Source of the DNA: a virus
Virus record (IMG/VR): IMGVR_UViG_3300023243_000009
Location: 64,001-128,000 of that record
DNA: 64,000 nucleotides
Direction: 5' to 3' (one strand)
Notes under the pieces: generated by a model
The model's database searches: none
The model's input: the letters and a program-made list of their open reading frames with translations, nothing else
What the model was told of the DNA's origin: nothing
Translations under genes and position numbers: made by a program
In this document: positions 35,058-44,663 of the stretch, piece after piece
Numbering within the stretch: position 1 is the first letter of the stretch
Layout: every line of letters starts with the position of its first letter

Positions 35058-35620
35058 AATGATACTTTTATATTTCCTGTATCTTTTGTTGTTAACATAA
35101 CATGAGAATCCACTGTTATACTACTTCTTGTTTCATCTGCTTTCCAGAACTCATGTCTTATTACCTGAATTATATCATACGCTTCTCTACAAGATTCATC
35201 TACTTTTGGGTTATGTATTCCCCAACTCCCATTTTTTCCTACTGAATAATCCTGTATTAAGTTATTTCTAACTTCGGCAAGTTGGTTATCAATATTATCC
35301 CTAATTTGGTGATATTTTGTGTAGTTGGTAGATAATTTAACATCCTTTAATTTTTTCCAAACATGCTCCTTATTCCAATACCCATCCTTCACACTTCCTG
35401 ATATTAATGCCTTCCCCTCTTTTATTTCAAGGATTTTTCCTTGAGGGGTTCTGTCTCCTACTTCAATCTCTTTAACAGGGCTACAAACCTCATATAAATG
35501 TTTTTCAAATGTTGGGTGTTCTTTAATCACATTAAATTGACCCATTCCTATTCTTGAGTAAAAGTCTAATGCTTTCTGTATTAACCTTAATTGATTATTA
35601 TTTACTTCTAATGTTGACAT
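35054..35620 (-). CDS. hypothetical protein
   Basis: 188-aa ORF behind a promoter. Confidence 0.7.
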   Translation of the reverse strand: MSTLEVNNNQLRLIQKALDFYSRIGMGQFNVIKEHPTFEKHLYEVCSPVKEIEVGDRTPQGKILEIKEGKALISGSVKDGYWNKEHVWKKLKDVKLSTNYTKYHQIRDNIDNQLAEVRNNLIQDYSVGKNGSWGIHNPKVDESCREAYDIIQVIRHEFWKADETRSSITVDSHVMLTTKDTGNIKVSL

Positions 35621-35648
35621 AACTTTTATTTAAAATTTAACTTATAAG

Positions 35649-35680
35649 TAAATATACGAAAGAAAACACGGGTAGCCAAA
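35649..35680 (-). promoter_or_regulatory. Bacteroidota-type promoter
   Basis: TTTGGCTACCCGTGTTTTCTTTCGTATATTTA. Confidence 0.7.
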
Positions 35681-35696
35681 CCCCCGCGCATTACTT

Positions 35697-36377
35697 TCAA
35701 TTTATTTCTAATATGTTCCCATTACTACTCAATCTACCAAATTTTCCATCAGTAACCACGGAACCGTTTGAGAAAATTGTATCTAATCCTCTTACTGTTC
35801 TAGTACCAGCGTTTATGATATTGTTGTTATCATGAATATGACCAAATAACATTAACTTGGGTTTTACTATTTGAACTTTATTCATCAGTGATTTATCCCC
35901 ACAATTTTCAAGGTTTCCTCTTCTATCATAAGATAAATCTAACATTCCCTTAGGAGGACCGTGCACTACTATAATATCTGAGTCATCCTCTATTATATTA
36001 TCCCACATTCTATCCAGTTTATGTCTTTCTTTCATGAAAGACCATTGCCCAAATTGGGGTGTATAAGGAGAACCAAATATCTTTATACCCTCGATAGTAA
36101 TATGAGTATTTTCTAAATAATAAATATCTTTTTTATCGAAATCTTCTTTAGTTACTAAACCTTTTTCTATTGAACTATCATGATTCCCCGCAATAAATAC
36201 TTTATATTTAATTGGTAATGAACTAAACCAATCTATAAATCTTCTTACCTCAGGCTCATTGCTGTAAGGGTCTCGGGGGTTTGAGCAATCACCACTAAAG
36301 ATGACCATATCAACACCCTTTGGTATTTCTAATAAGTTGTGGTACGTGTGAGTATCCCCAATATGCCAAATTTTCAT
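35697..36377 (-). CDS. calcineurin-like metallophosphoesterase, copy B
   Basis: Same motifs and length (226 aa) as copy A, with long identical stretches. Confidence 0.92.
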   Translation of the reverse strand: MKIWHIGDTHTYHNLLEIPKGVDMVIFSGDCSNPRDPYSNEPEVRRFIDWFSSLPIKYKVFIAGNHDSSIEKGLVTKEDFDKKDIYYLENTHITIEGIKIFGSPYTPQFGQWSFMKERHKLDRMWDNIIEDDSDIIVVHGPPKGMLDLSYDRRGNLENCGDKSLMNKVQIVKPKLMLFGHIHDNNNIINAGTRTVRGLDTIFSNGSVVTDGKFGRLSSNGNILEIN

Positions 36378-36426
36378 AACTTCTATTTTTTAGGTCTACC
36401 TCTTTTTGAGGTAATAATATTTTTTT

Positions 36427-36747
36427 TTATTTTATTTCTTCTAAGTCTTCTTTTAATCTACTTATAAATGAATCCTCCCCATCATCTCCGGATAGGTACC
36501 AATCTACTCTTTGTGCATATATCTCGGCTTGTCTTAATACCTTAATGGCCTTTTTAAATTCCTCTTGAACATCCTTTCTATAAATACGATTATATCTTTC
36601 CTCTGGGTATTTTTCAAGATAAGCATCAGCAAAATAAGAAAGCTCGTATTCAGGTATATCTTTACCTTGATTATCTAGTTCTGTTTGGATATCATCCGCT
36701 ATATCTCTAATTTTAAATTGGTTGTATTCAAAGTGTCCTCCGCTCAT
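36427..36747 (-). CDS. hypothetical protein
   Basis: MSGGHFEY ... DWYLSGDDGEDSF. Confidence 0.7.
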   Translation of the reverse strand: MSGGHFEYNQFKIRDIADDIQTELDNQGKDIPEYELSYFADAYLEKYPEERYNRIYRKDVQEEFKKAIKVLRQAEIYAQRVDWYLSGDDGEDSFISRLKEDLEEIK

Positions 36748-36749
36748 AA

Positions 36750-36944
36750 TTATTTATTTTTAAATTTAGTATTTTTCCAAAGGTGTAAAAACTCATTTCT
36801 TTCTATTTGACTTGGTTCCGGGTCTCCTTCATCCGGGGTTATCGATATGTAATCGGAGTTGGGAGTTGCTTGTAATTCATAAGCCCGTCTGTCAGCCGTT
36901 ACGATCAATAATATATCATCTATTTCTCTACTATAAAGCTTCAT
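36750..36944 (-). CDS. hypothetical protein
   Basis: 64-aa ORF. Confidence 0.55.
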   Translation of the reverse strand: MKLYSREIDDILLIVTADRRAYELQATPNSDYISITPDEGDPEPSQIERNEFLHLWKNTKFKNK

Positions 36945-36955
36945 TTTTATTAAGT

Positions 36956-37360
36956 TTAATATTTATTTAAATCTCTTAATAATCGAGTTAGTGAGTTTTG
37001 TATGTTATTTTTGATCTCATTCTCCATGTTGTTTCTTATTACCTCCATCCGATTATCAAAGGATTTAGTAATTTTTCGTAAAATGATAGAGTTCATAGGG
37101 ATAATATAACTATAAACATGATTGATTATTTCTATAGTTTCTTTACCTATAATAATAAATAAATTTCCTTTTTCTTGTCTTAAATATCTTTTACCACTTA
37201 AGGGGGCTATGTGCAAGGTAGTTTTTTCATTTTCTATAATTTTTTTGCAAATAAGATATATAGATGTTTGTTGAGGATCCCTTTTGGGGATATGGTTTGG
37301 GTCTACTAATTTTTTAATGTGTATAAATGTTTTTTGACCTAATCTTTTAATATAATGCAT
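36956..37360 (-). CDS. hypothetical protein
   Basis: 134-aa ORF behind a promoter. Confidence 0.65.
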   Translation of the reverse strand: MHYIKRLGQKTFIHIKKLVDPNHIPKRDPQQTSIYLICKKIIENEKTTLHIAPLSGKRYLRQEKGNLFIIIGKETIEIINHVYSYIIPMNSIILRKITKSFDNRMEVIRNNMENEIKNNIQNSLTRLLRDLNKY

Positions 37361-37391
37361 AACCTTAATTGTTTTTATTTGTTATTATGTT

Positions 37392-37423
37392 TAAATATAC
37401 GATAAATCCTTCGGGTAGCCAAA
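37392..37423 (-). promoter_or_regulatory. Bacteroidota-type promoter
   Basis: TTTGGCTACCCGAAGGATTTATCGTATATTTA. Confidence 0.7.
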
Positions 37424-37601
37424 TTTATGACATAGTAATTTTATCTAATTCTTGTTGGAGTTTTTGAATACGTAATTTTGTTAGAGGTGTTTTAATAGAT
37501 GATTTTAATTCTAAAATAGTTTTACTAATTACTTCAATTTTGTTTAATTTTTCTTGAAATTCCATATTGTAGGTATGTTTAAATGTTATACTTGAATATA
37601 C

Positions 37602-37630
37602 AAAAAAAGACTCGCATAGGCAAGTCTTTA
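37602..37630 (-). terminator. terminator/promoter module, copy of 25806-25835
   Basis: AAAAGACTTGC-CTAT-GCGAGTCTTTTTTT-GTATATTC. Confidence 0.7.
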
Positions 37631-37703
37631 TGTAATTGTTTCAGAAAAAATGTTGATGTATAAGGATTTAAATAAAAAAATATCATCCTTAAAAGAATTA
37701 ATA

Positions 37704-37907
37704 AGTAGTAACGTTTACACAGCTATCTTCAAGAAGCCTAAATAATTAATTATCTTTTCTCTCTGTTGCCCATGTGCTAGCGTAGGCGGATAAAACGGTT
37801 ACTACTAATTAACCTTTTGTAAGTAGGGGTTTTAATCCTTCCTTACGTAAAAGACTCATCCTGGTACGCTCAAGGAAGTAAAGATTAATCCCCTGAGCGT
37901 GATGAGT
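37704..37907 (-). ncRNA. candidate structured ncRNA downstream of queC
   Basis: Nested stems ACTCATC/GATGAGT and ACGCTCA/TGAGCGT; GTAAG/CTTAC; AGTAGTAAC/GTTACTACT; no ORF. Confidence 0.55.
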
Positions 37908-37931
37908 ACTGTTTATTATCCTATTAGGGGT

Positions 37932-38804
37932 CTACTTGTTATGTTGTGCAAGTATTTGTTTTACGTGTGCTTCTGCCACTTCGTAAGATACTGGTCCTGT
38001 TTCATCTGCATAACTCGCAGGATCAGGACGTCCTAATTTGATAAAGGCTTCGATACGTTCTACTGAACTTGCTGATTTGTAATCTGAGTACCATTCTCCC
38101 TTCATAGAATTGTCATTACCATCAACTGAACCTATAAAAATTGGTTTATATGAAGTAAGTGTTCTTTTATAAACCTCGTCGAAGGTTATTCCAAATTCTT
38201 CACATAATATTTCTCCATCTTGTAATATTGTAAATTTATTACCTTTAATATAGGGTGTAAAATAACCTACTCTATCTGCATCCCAATTTCCTTCTCTAAA
38301 GGCTTTATCGTCTGCATCTCTAAACTCTTGTCGGCAATCAGGATAAACTTCGAAATCTCCAGCATGAATCCCCATAGCGATATCACAATTTTCCCCTGTT
38401 CTATTTGCTATTGATAAGGCAACCGCTTGTGTAATAGAAGCAAATATTTTATTACGATTAGGAACAACTGTTTCTTTCATGTTGTCGTTTTCATAATGCC
38501 CTTCAGGTACATCATTACCTCCTTCTACTAATGCTGAATCCAATAAATCTGATAAACCATCTAATTTAATTTGACGGTAAGTGATTTGATGGTATGTAAA
38601 AGTATTTGGATGTTCTGATTCCCCATGTCTGTTTAGATATCTTACTAATGATTTAGCTCTATCTAATTCTACTCTGTGTTTTTGACCATAATCGAAGCTG
38701 ATGGCGGTACAAGTGTCGTAATCTTTTAATGCTCTTAATAATAATGTGCTACTGTCCATTCCACCTGAGAGACTAACCACACAATGTTTTTTTGTTTTAC
38801 TCAT
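37932..38804 (-). CDS. queC: 7-cyano-7-deazaguanine synthase
   Basis: SLSGGMDS, FDYGQKH, VVPNRN, GIHAGD..VYPDCR. Confidence 0.93.
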   Translation of the reverse strand: MSKTKKHCVVSLSGGMDSSTLLLRALKDYDTCTAISFDYGQKHRVELDRAKSLVRYLNRHGESEHPNTFTYHQITYRQIKLDGLSDLLDSALVEGGNDVPEGHYENDNMKETVVPNRNKIFASITQAVALSIANRTGENCDIAMGIHAGDFEVYPDCRQEFRDADDKAFREGNWDADRVGYFTPYIKGNKFTILQDGEILCEEFGITFDEVYKRTLTSYKPIFIGSVDGNDNSMKGEWYSDYKSASSVERIEAFIKLGRPDPASYADETGPVSYEVAEAHVKQILAQHNK

Positions 38805-38858
38805 TTTATTTAATTTAATTTATTGCCAGGTATTAAAAGCGTATAGGCAAACGCTATT

Positions 38859-39938
38859 TTACAATTGATAATCTTGTAGATCACCTGTAGAAGGTTCTAC
38901 TTCGGATTGTTCATATACTCTATTCCCAAAATAATCGTCTAAAAATTCTCTACGATATAAGTGGACATTTCCTTTATATTTTGGATTTTCAATAGCCCTT
39001 TCCTGAATTGTTTCTTTTAATTGTACTGCTACAATACAAACCTCTTTTCCTAATTCACTACCTGCGGCTTTTCCTAGGTAATCATAAAGTGACATCATAT
39101 CGGATGAATCATTTTTTTTTGTACTCATGATTGTTTTTATATTTAAATTATTAATTTCTCTGAATTTATTTACATTATATCCAACTCTAGAAATACCAAT
39201 TTCATCCAACTCCATATCAAAGTAGTTATTGATATTTGCGGTTGGTTTAGTGTTTAAACCATAACTTTTGTATTCAACCCCTTCTAAAGCTGACATTACG
39301 GGGTTTGAGGTGTCAATGGATTCTATTTGAGGGTGGTTATCATACCAACCAAATTCTTGTGGTATTGAACAACCCAATAAATGTAACTTAATATCTTTTA
39401 AATGGCGTAAATTTAGTAAACCTTGTACAAATCGTACTCTACCCAATGCCTTTCCCATATCCGCGTTACTATGTGGGAAAAAATCATTATACCAAGTAGC
39501 ACCGTAAGATACACATAATTTTTCATATCCTAATTCCCTTAACAATCCAGCACACAGATATGCGTCATTTTTATCCTTACCTTGGATTACTGCTATTTTC
39601 TTGGTTTTTTTAGGGAATTTAAACTGTTTCCAATACTTGGCCTGTGCCGCGGTTTGATGACAATCCATCCAAACATCAGGTACTATGAATTCATCTGGTT
39701 CTAATTCTTTAACCCAAAAAAGTAAACGACTATGGTCATAACCGTGCCCCCCGTTTTCATCTTTAAGTTCATGTAAGGAATTATCCATAATAACATACCT
39801 CCCTTTAGCTTTTGCTTCTTTAAAATATTTTAAATATTCTTTATCTTGGTCCAATAAATGGGGTAAGCAAAAATCATACTCATTAAACTCAGGAGAAATA
39901 TTGAGTAGGAATTTTGGCACTTCGTGGTTTACTATCAT
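38859..39938 (-). CDS. TGT-fold deazaguanine transglycosylase-like protein (DpdA-like)
   Basis: IMDNS, VPDVW.D, AVIQG, LHLLG, SIDTS; directly upstream of queC. Confidence 0.65.
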   Translation of the reverse strand: MIVNHEVPKFLLNISPEFNEYDFCLPHLLDQDKEYLKYFKEAKAKGRYVIMDNSLHELKDENGGHGYDHSRLLFWVKELEPDEFIVPDVWMDCHQTAAQAKYWKQFKFPKKTKKIAVIQGKDKNDAYLCAGLLRELGYEKLCVSYGATWYNDFFPHSNADMGKALGRVRFVQGLLNLRHLKDIKLHLLGCSIPQEFGWYDNHPQIESIDTSNPVMSALEGVEYKSYGLNTKPTANINNYFDMELDEIGISRVGYNVNKFREINNLNIKTIMSTKKNDSSDMMSLYDYLGKAAGSELGKEVCIVAVQLKETIQERAIENPKYKGNVHLYRREFLDDYFGNRVYEQSEVEPSTGDLQDYQL

Positions 39939-39957
39939 AATTTATAACTTTTTATAT

Positions 39958-40182
39958 TTAATATATTAATTCATCGGTATTGATGTCATGATCATCTAAT
40001 AAACCATTCAACGCTTCTCTATAAGTTTCTAAATTAAAGTCTGAGTCATCATGTTTCCATTTTCTCCAAAAGTTATGTGTTAATTCCCATATAAAAGATG
40101 CCATATCTGAGGATTTCATAGCTATTTTCATTGCCATCTCATCATCTCTGTCGTCTAAATCGTATTCTAATATTCCTTTCAT
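39958..40182 (-). CDS. hypothetical protein
   Basis: 74-aa acidic ORF. Confidence 0.65.
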   Translation of the reverse strand: MKGILEYDLDDRDDEMAMKIAMKSSDMASFIWELTHNFWRKWKHDDSDFNLETYREALNGLLDDHDINTDELIY

Positions 40183-40187
40183 AATCT

Positions 40188-40544
40188 TTATTTATATTTA
40201 TCAATATACGAAGAAGGTGTTGTTTCTCCACTTTTTCTTAAAGAGTTATTTATAGGTTTAAGTTCTACTTCAACTTCAATATTAGGGTTTGATAAATTAA
40301 CTAATTTGATAATTTGTAGAGCTTTATCATTAAATTTAGAGCTTGTTAAGACAAATGTAACTTCTCTGACTATTTTTTTATTATCATATGAAATTTCGAC
40401 GGCGGATAGAGTTGCACATAATTCTCCCATATAATATATACCGGTTTCTTTATACGTTAGACCCTCAGTAGAAATGTTTTTTAAAGGGTTTGAGGCGCAC
40501 CTTGTAAATAATAATAATAATATTACTAATACTACTTTTTTCAT
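40188..40544 (-). CDS. putative lipoprotein
   Basis: MKKVVLVILLLLFTRC signal with Cys. Confidence 0.65.
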   Translation of the reverse strand: MKKVVLVILLLLFTRCASNPLKNISTEGLTYKETGIYYMGELCATLSAVEISYDNKKIVREVTFVLTSSKFNDKALQIIKLVNLSNPNIEVEVELKPINNSLRKSGETTPSSYIDKYK

Positions 40545-40547
40545 GAC

Positions 40548-41024
40548 TTATAATTTATTTGTTTTATATTTATCTTTTATAATGTAATAAAAATCTATTA
40601 AGGATCCCCTAGATTTTAACATTTCTTCTTCAACTTCTTCTATACTTAATTTACAATGTTTAGTAAATAAAGACATGAGTTCAGACAATTTATTATTTTC
40701 ATCTTTTTCAAAATCTTCTAATAAACGTTTTCGACGTGTGCGTAGTAAAGAGGACATTTCGTTGAATTTACCAATATCAGGATAGCATTCCCCCCATATT
40801 TGGTTTATTTCATGTTCACACCATTCCGCTTGATACTTGTAGTGTGAATATTCAAAATCACCATTTAAAATTCTATCTCTAAGGGATTGTTTATGGTGTA
40901 AGGGTGGTTTTGGGTTATCGTACATCCTCCACCAACGAAATTGGTTATATTTTAATTTGCGAAGATTAGAGAATTTTTTATCTAATTGTTCTTTAGATAA
41001 AATTGGAGAATACAAATTTTTCAT
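40548..41024 (-). CDS. hypothetical protein
   Basis: 158 aa; YNQFRWWRMY, RILNGDF. Confidence 0.7.
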   Translation of the reverse strand: MKNLYSPILSKEQLDKKFSNLRKLKYNQFRWWRMYDNPKPPLHHKQSLRDRILNGDFEYSHYKYQAEWCEHEINQIWGECYPDIGKFNEMSSLLRTRRKRLLEDFEKDENNKLSELMSLFTKHCKLSIEEVEEEMLKSRGSLIDFYYIIKDKYKTNKL

Positions 41025-41044
41025 GTTAACCTTTATTTATTACT

Positions 41045-41076
41045 TAAATATACGAAGGCTCCACTAGGGAGCCAAA
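41045..41076 (-). promoter_or_regulatory. promoter with palindromic GGCTCC-N5-GGAGCC spacer
   Basis: TTTGGCTCCCTAGTGGAGCCTTCGTATATTTA. Confidence 0.7.
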
Positions 41077-41082
41077 TATATT

Positions 41083-42159
41083 TTAATAAGTTTTAACATC
41101 CTCTTCAGAATCTAGAAGAGATTGTAGGAGGTTAATTTCATTTATGATTTTGTTTCTCCTCCACCCTGAGAGGGGTTGTGTAAGGGTGTTTTTTAGTTTA
41201 GAAATTTTTTGATGTGCTGAGATGATTTCTTCCTTATCAACAATACCATCCTGGTTGGTATCTAGGATATTAAATTCTTTTTCTAGTGGGGATGTTACAT
41301 CTTCAATTTCATCTAGATCTGAATCAACTAAAACTTTTTCTTTATGTTTAGGGTAAGCTCTATCAAACGCAAAATTAGATGCAATTACAAGAGCAATGGC
41401 TAAAGGGTCAAATACAAATATGATTACAAGTAAAAGTATGTTAATAATCTTATCCATAGGTGCACCTGTAAGACCGGATAGGTATTGTAGTGGTCCTAAT
41501 TCCCCTGCCAAATCAATATTGTTTTCTAGTTCTAATATTTGGAGTTGGTATTTTTGTAAACTATCCGCCGATACTTCCCTTTTAGATTGAACTTGTTTTC
41601 TATTTTCTTCTTCCACCCCGATACGCTGTTGGGAAAGTCTAAGCTCTGTAGTAGAGACGGTGGTTCTAAAGCCCCCAACCACCGATGCGTCTTTAATCTG
41701 GATTGAGGTAGATTTTGCGTTACTGAGAGAAGAGATATTACTAGAAATTCTTTTAAGTTCTGAGTCATGACGTATAACATCTGTTTCATAAAAATCTTTT
41801 TTCTGTTCTAAGAATTTAGTTTGGTTTTCTTTTATTGTAAATTTGCTGTAAGTGTTTTGATACGCCGAGCTTAAAAACCCATAAATACCCATACTAGTAA
41901 TCAATACTAGTACTACAGTTGCGATTGACAAATATACCCTTAATGTTTTACTTAATTCACTCCAATATTGGTATAATAGAGATGCGGTTACTAACTTAGC
42001 AAATTCTAGAGAACTTGCCATCAATATGACTGCAAATTGTGCTCCCGCAAATAACTTACTTAACCCACTAACCGAGTAATATGCTGCTGAACCCGATACT
42101 GTTAGGGCTGATAACCCTATAAGGAATGGGAATAGTCCTTTTTGAATATTTTTTACCAT
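41083..42159 (-). CDS. multi-pass membrane protein with coiled coil (lysis-module associated)
   Basis: Three N-terminal TMs, coiled coil, fourth TM, EF-hand-like DTNQDGIVDKEE. Confidence 0.75.
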   Translation of the reverse strand: MVKNIQKGLFPFLIGLSALTVSGSAAYYSVSGLSKLFAGAQFAVILMASSLEFAKLVTASLLYQYWSELSKTLRVYLSIATVVLVLITSMGIYGFLSSAYQNTYSKFTIKENQTKFLEQKKDFYETDVIRHDSELKRISSNISSLSNAKSTSIQIKDASVVGGFRTTVSTTELRLSQQRIGVEEENRKQVQSKREVSADSLQKYQLQILELENNIDLAGELGPLQYLSGLTGAPMDKIINILLLVIIFVFDPLAIALVIASNFAFDRAYPKHKEKVLVDSDLDEIEDVTSPLEKEFNILDTNQDGIVDKEEIISAHQKISKLKNTLTQPLSGWRRNKIINEINLLQSLLDSEEDVKTY

Positions 42160-42195
42160 AGATGTAATATAAAAAAAGATTAGAATGATTCCAAC

Positions 42196-42615
42196 CTATT
42201 TTTCTCTTTCTCCTTTATGTTTGTCTAATTTATCTAGGATTTGGACCAATAATTCATTTTTTATAATACCTAACATTGAAGCATTTTTAAAAATTGAAAT
42301 TAATTGAAATACTAAAAAGGGTGCTATAATGGTTTCACTTAACCAGCTAGTCCCGGTAAATCCTTTTTCAATTGTTAAAATAGCAGAAAGAATTATGACC
42401 CAAAAGCCAAATGTTTTTAATACTTTTAATGCTCTAAAGGTTTTAAATCCTTCTCTTTTGATACCTGCCCATACACCAAAAAAACCATCAGCAAATATCA
42501 CAAAGGATACTGAGAGGTATTGTTCAATATTGTTAATAGTTAGGTTCATGAAATACGAACATATAAATGCTAATACGGTTGTCAATGATAGTGTTATTAA
42601 AAGGGTTGTTTTCAT
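42196..42615 (-). CDS. holin
   Basis: Three TMs; DGFFGVWAG, SIFKNA..LG; next to the endolysin. Confidence 0.75.
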   Translation of the reverse strand: MKTTLLITLSLTTVLAFICSYFMNLTINNIEQYLSVSFVIFADGFFGVWAGIKREGFKTFRALKVLKTFGFWVIILSAILTIEKGFTGTSWLSETIIAPFLVFQLISIFKNASMLGIIKNELLVQILDKLDKHKGEREK

Positions 42616-42629
42616 CTTATAACTTTATT

Positions 42630-43247
42630 CTATTTTACGTATTCGTAGTATTTTTTAGTTTTCTGGTTTCGATCTTCTAACCCATGAATTCCACCATTAA
42701 TTCTTTTTGTAAGAGATAATATGGATTTATCATTAATCCCTTGATCACAGATGGCCCATAATTTATTTCTTTCAAAAAAGAACATAGCGGATTCAAAAGA
42801 GAAATCTGTTGCCACTAAATCGGGGTTATCCATTATTTCGGGTTTGTCTATATATTCTGCAAAGGTTTGATAATTAGCTCTACCTGTTAATTGTAATGCT
42901 CCTCTACCTCTAAATTTCCAACCATCACCCGAAGCTTCGTTCCCATTAGCCATTCTAGAGGCATATACTAGGTTTGCAATTTTTTCGGGGTTACGGGCAT
43001 ATAAATTAGAATCTTTACCTGTGTTTTTAAAATATTTAGAGAAAATCTTATTTAACCCGCTGGCAGAATAGTTTAAATTTTCTGAGAATAATTTAAAATT
43101 ACCTGTTTCGTGGGAGGTTTGTGCAAAGAAATGAGCGGCTCTTACAGGAGTTAGTTTATAAAACTCCATTGCTTTTTTCATTGTACCTGGCCCAAAAACA
43201 CCGTCTGATGTTGTTCCAATTTTTTTCTGTAGGTTTTTTAAACTCAT
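42630..43247 (-). CDS. endolysin, GH19-like with N-terminal peptidoglycan-binding segment
   Basis: LQKKIG..DGVFGPGT; FFAQTSHETG; RGRGALQLTGRANY; TKRINGG. Confidence 0.92.
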   Translation of the reverse strand: MSLKNLQKKIGTTSDGVFGPGTMKKAMEFYKLTPVRAAHFFAQTSHETGNFKLFSENLNYSASGLNKIFSKYFKNTGKDSNLYARNPEKIANLVYASRMANGNEASGDGWKFRGRGALQLTGRANYQTFAEYIDKPEIMDNPDLVATDFSFESAMFFFERNKLWAICDQGINDKSILSLTKRINGGIHGLEDRNQKTKKYYEYVK

Positions 43248-43268
43248 AAAATAATTTTTATATTTGTA

Positions 43269-44030
43269 TTAAGAATCTAATTTAGAAAAACCGTTTGGAA
43301 CAACTCCTTCACAAATTAAGGTTGCTACTATTGGAGATACTACTGAACCTACAAATATACCTACTCCTGCTGGTGTTGATAATGCTGCTGTTGCATATAT
43401 TGGATTTGCTTTACCTACTACATTAGTAAGTACCTTTGTTAGTAACTCTTTATTACATTTTCCTTTTACTCCAGGTATTAAAAAGATACCATCAGCTAAA
43501 AGTTTACCAACTACGGTAGATACTGCCATCATTGCTGCTTTCTCTCCCATTGTTGCCATTGTTGCTAGCATAGTAGCACTAATAGTTGTAGAAGTTACAG
43601 TACCGGGATCTGTTGGTGCTGGTTTAGGAGTGAAGTACATTACACACCCTGTTGTAAGTGCCATATTTAATCCAATGTAACAAGCGTTTTCATCCAACCA
43701 ATCTACTGCTACGTTAGCTGTATCTTCTACTACTTCCAATCCATCTTTAGCAAAATCAATTGCTTGAGCACTACCCGCTTTCCAAGTATCATCTTCTACA
43801 TCTAATCCTTGTTTTGCAGCTTCTTCAGTATTCTTAGCAACCACATTAGTTGTGTGTACTACTGCTTTAGTAGAATCCTTATAGATGTTTGTAGTTGTTT
43901 TAGCAACATCATTCACTGTATCTACAATTACATCAATTGGATTAGGTATTTTTGGTACACTTGGTAATTTTGGTACACTTGGTATTTTTGGTACACTTGG
44001 TAGTTTAGGTTTTTTAAATGGATTCTTCAT
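43269..44030 (-). CDS. hypothetical protein with Pro-rich repeats and hydrophobic C-terminal half
   Basis: K(L/I)PSVP repeats, amphipathic region, Cys-containing hydrophobic tail. Confidence 0.7.
   Translation of the reverse strand: MKNPFKKPKLPSVPKIPSVPKLPSVPKIPNPIDVIVDTVNDVAKTTTNIYKDSTKAVVHTTNVVAKNTEEAAKQGLDVEDDTWKAGSAQAIDFAKDGLEVVEDTANVAVDWLDENACYIGLNMALTTGCVMYFTPKPAPTDPGTVTSTTISATMLATMATMGEKAAMMAVSTVVGKLLADGIFLIPGVKGKCNKELLTKVLTNVVGKANPIYATAALSTPAGVGIFVGSVVSPIVATLICEGVVPNGFSKLDS
43945..44005. repeat. 18-bp coding tandem repeat (about 3.3 copies)
   Basis: ggta(t/a)ttttggtacactt x3. Confidence 0.85.
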
Positions 44031-44043
44031 AATCTATATAACT

Positions 44044-44244
44044 TTATTTATCTTTATTATTATTCATACCGAAATAAGTACCCACTATGGCTACTAATCC
44101 GGTAATAGTTACTTGTAAAAGGTGTATTATATTTTCGTTTATGGGTCTACTATCTTCCATGGCTATATGGAAATCTCCTACTACTATAATTAATAGTAAT
44201 AACATTATGCCCGTAACTAATATCAATACAACTCTTTCTTTCAT
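44044..44244 (-). CDS. small two-TM membrane protein
   Basis: Two hydrophobic helices. Confidence 0.65.
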   Translation of the reverse strand: MKERVVLILVTGIMLLLLIIVVGDFHIAMEDSRPINENIIHLLQVTITGLVAIVGTYFGMNNNKDK

Positions 44245-44253
44245 TTTAGTAAT

Positions 44254-44508
44254 TTATTCTTTCTTACCAAATATTTTACCTGCTTCCGCTATCCCAAAAG
44301 AACCTAGAGTTATGATTACAAATGAATTGTAAATAAGTTCGTTTATTACTAAGTCTTTTCCAAAATAACCCGTGATAATATCTACAAAGGCAAATATTAC
44401 CATTACAGTGAAAGATAAGAAACCAACCACTGATTTCTCGTTAATATCGTTTTCGTCTTTAAAAATGTCTTTAAAAGCCATCCATTTATTTTTTATAAAG
44501 TTTAACAT
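44254..44508 (-). CDS. small two-TM membrane protein (holin-like)
   Basis: INEKSVVGFLSF ... LGSFGI. Confidence 0.7.
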   Translation of the reverse strand: MLNFIKNKWMAFKDIFKDENDINEKSVVGFLSFTVMVIFAFVDIITGYFGKDLVINELIYNSFVIITLGSFGIAEAGKIFGKKE

Positions 44509-44582
44509 GGTATAACTGTTTTAAATTAACAACTCGATTTTATTATAAATATAACAAATAATTTAAATATTAAATTTCCCTC

Positions 44583-44616
44583 AAAAAAAAATACCCCTAA
44601 TTACTTAGAGGTATTT
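44583..44616 (-). terminator. intrinsic terminator after nrdA-C
   Basis: AAATACCTCTAAG-TAA-TTAGGGGTATTTTTTTT. Confidence 0.75.
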
Positions 44617-44663
44617 AATTTTTTTGTTTAAATTTTTTCACTGAAAGTGTTTAAAAACACATC

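Noticed and set aside
43945-44005. 18-bp tandem repeat as a regulatory or contingency locus
   Set aside because: In-frame coding repeat for a Pro-rich linker; copy-number change would not shift the frame
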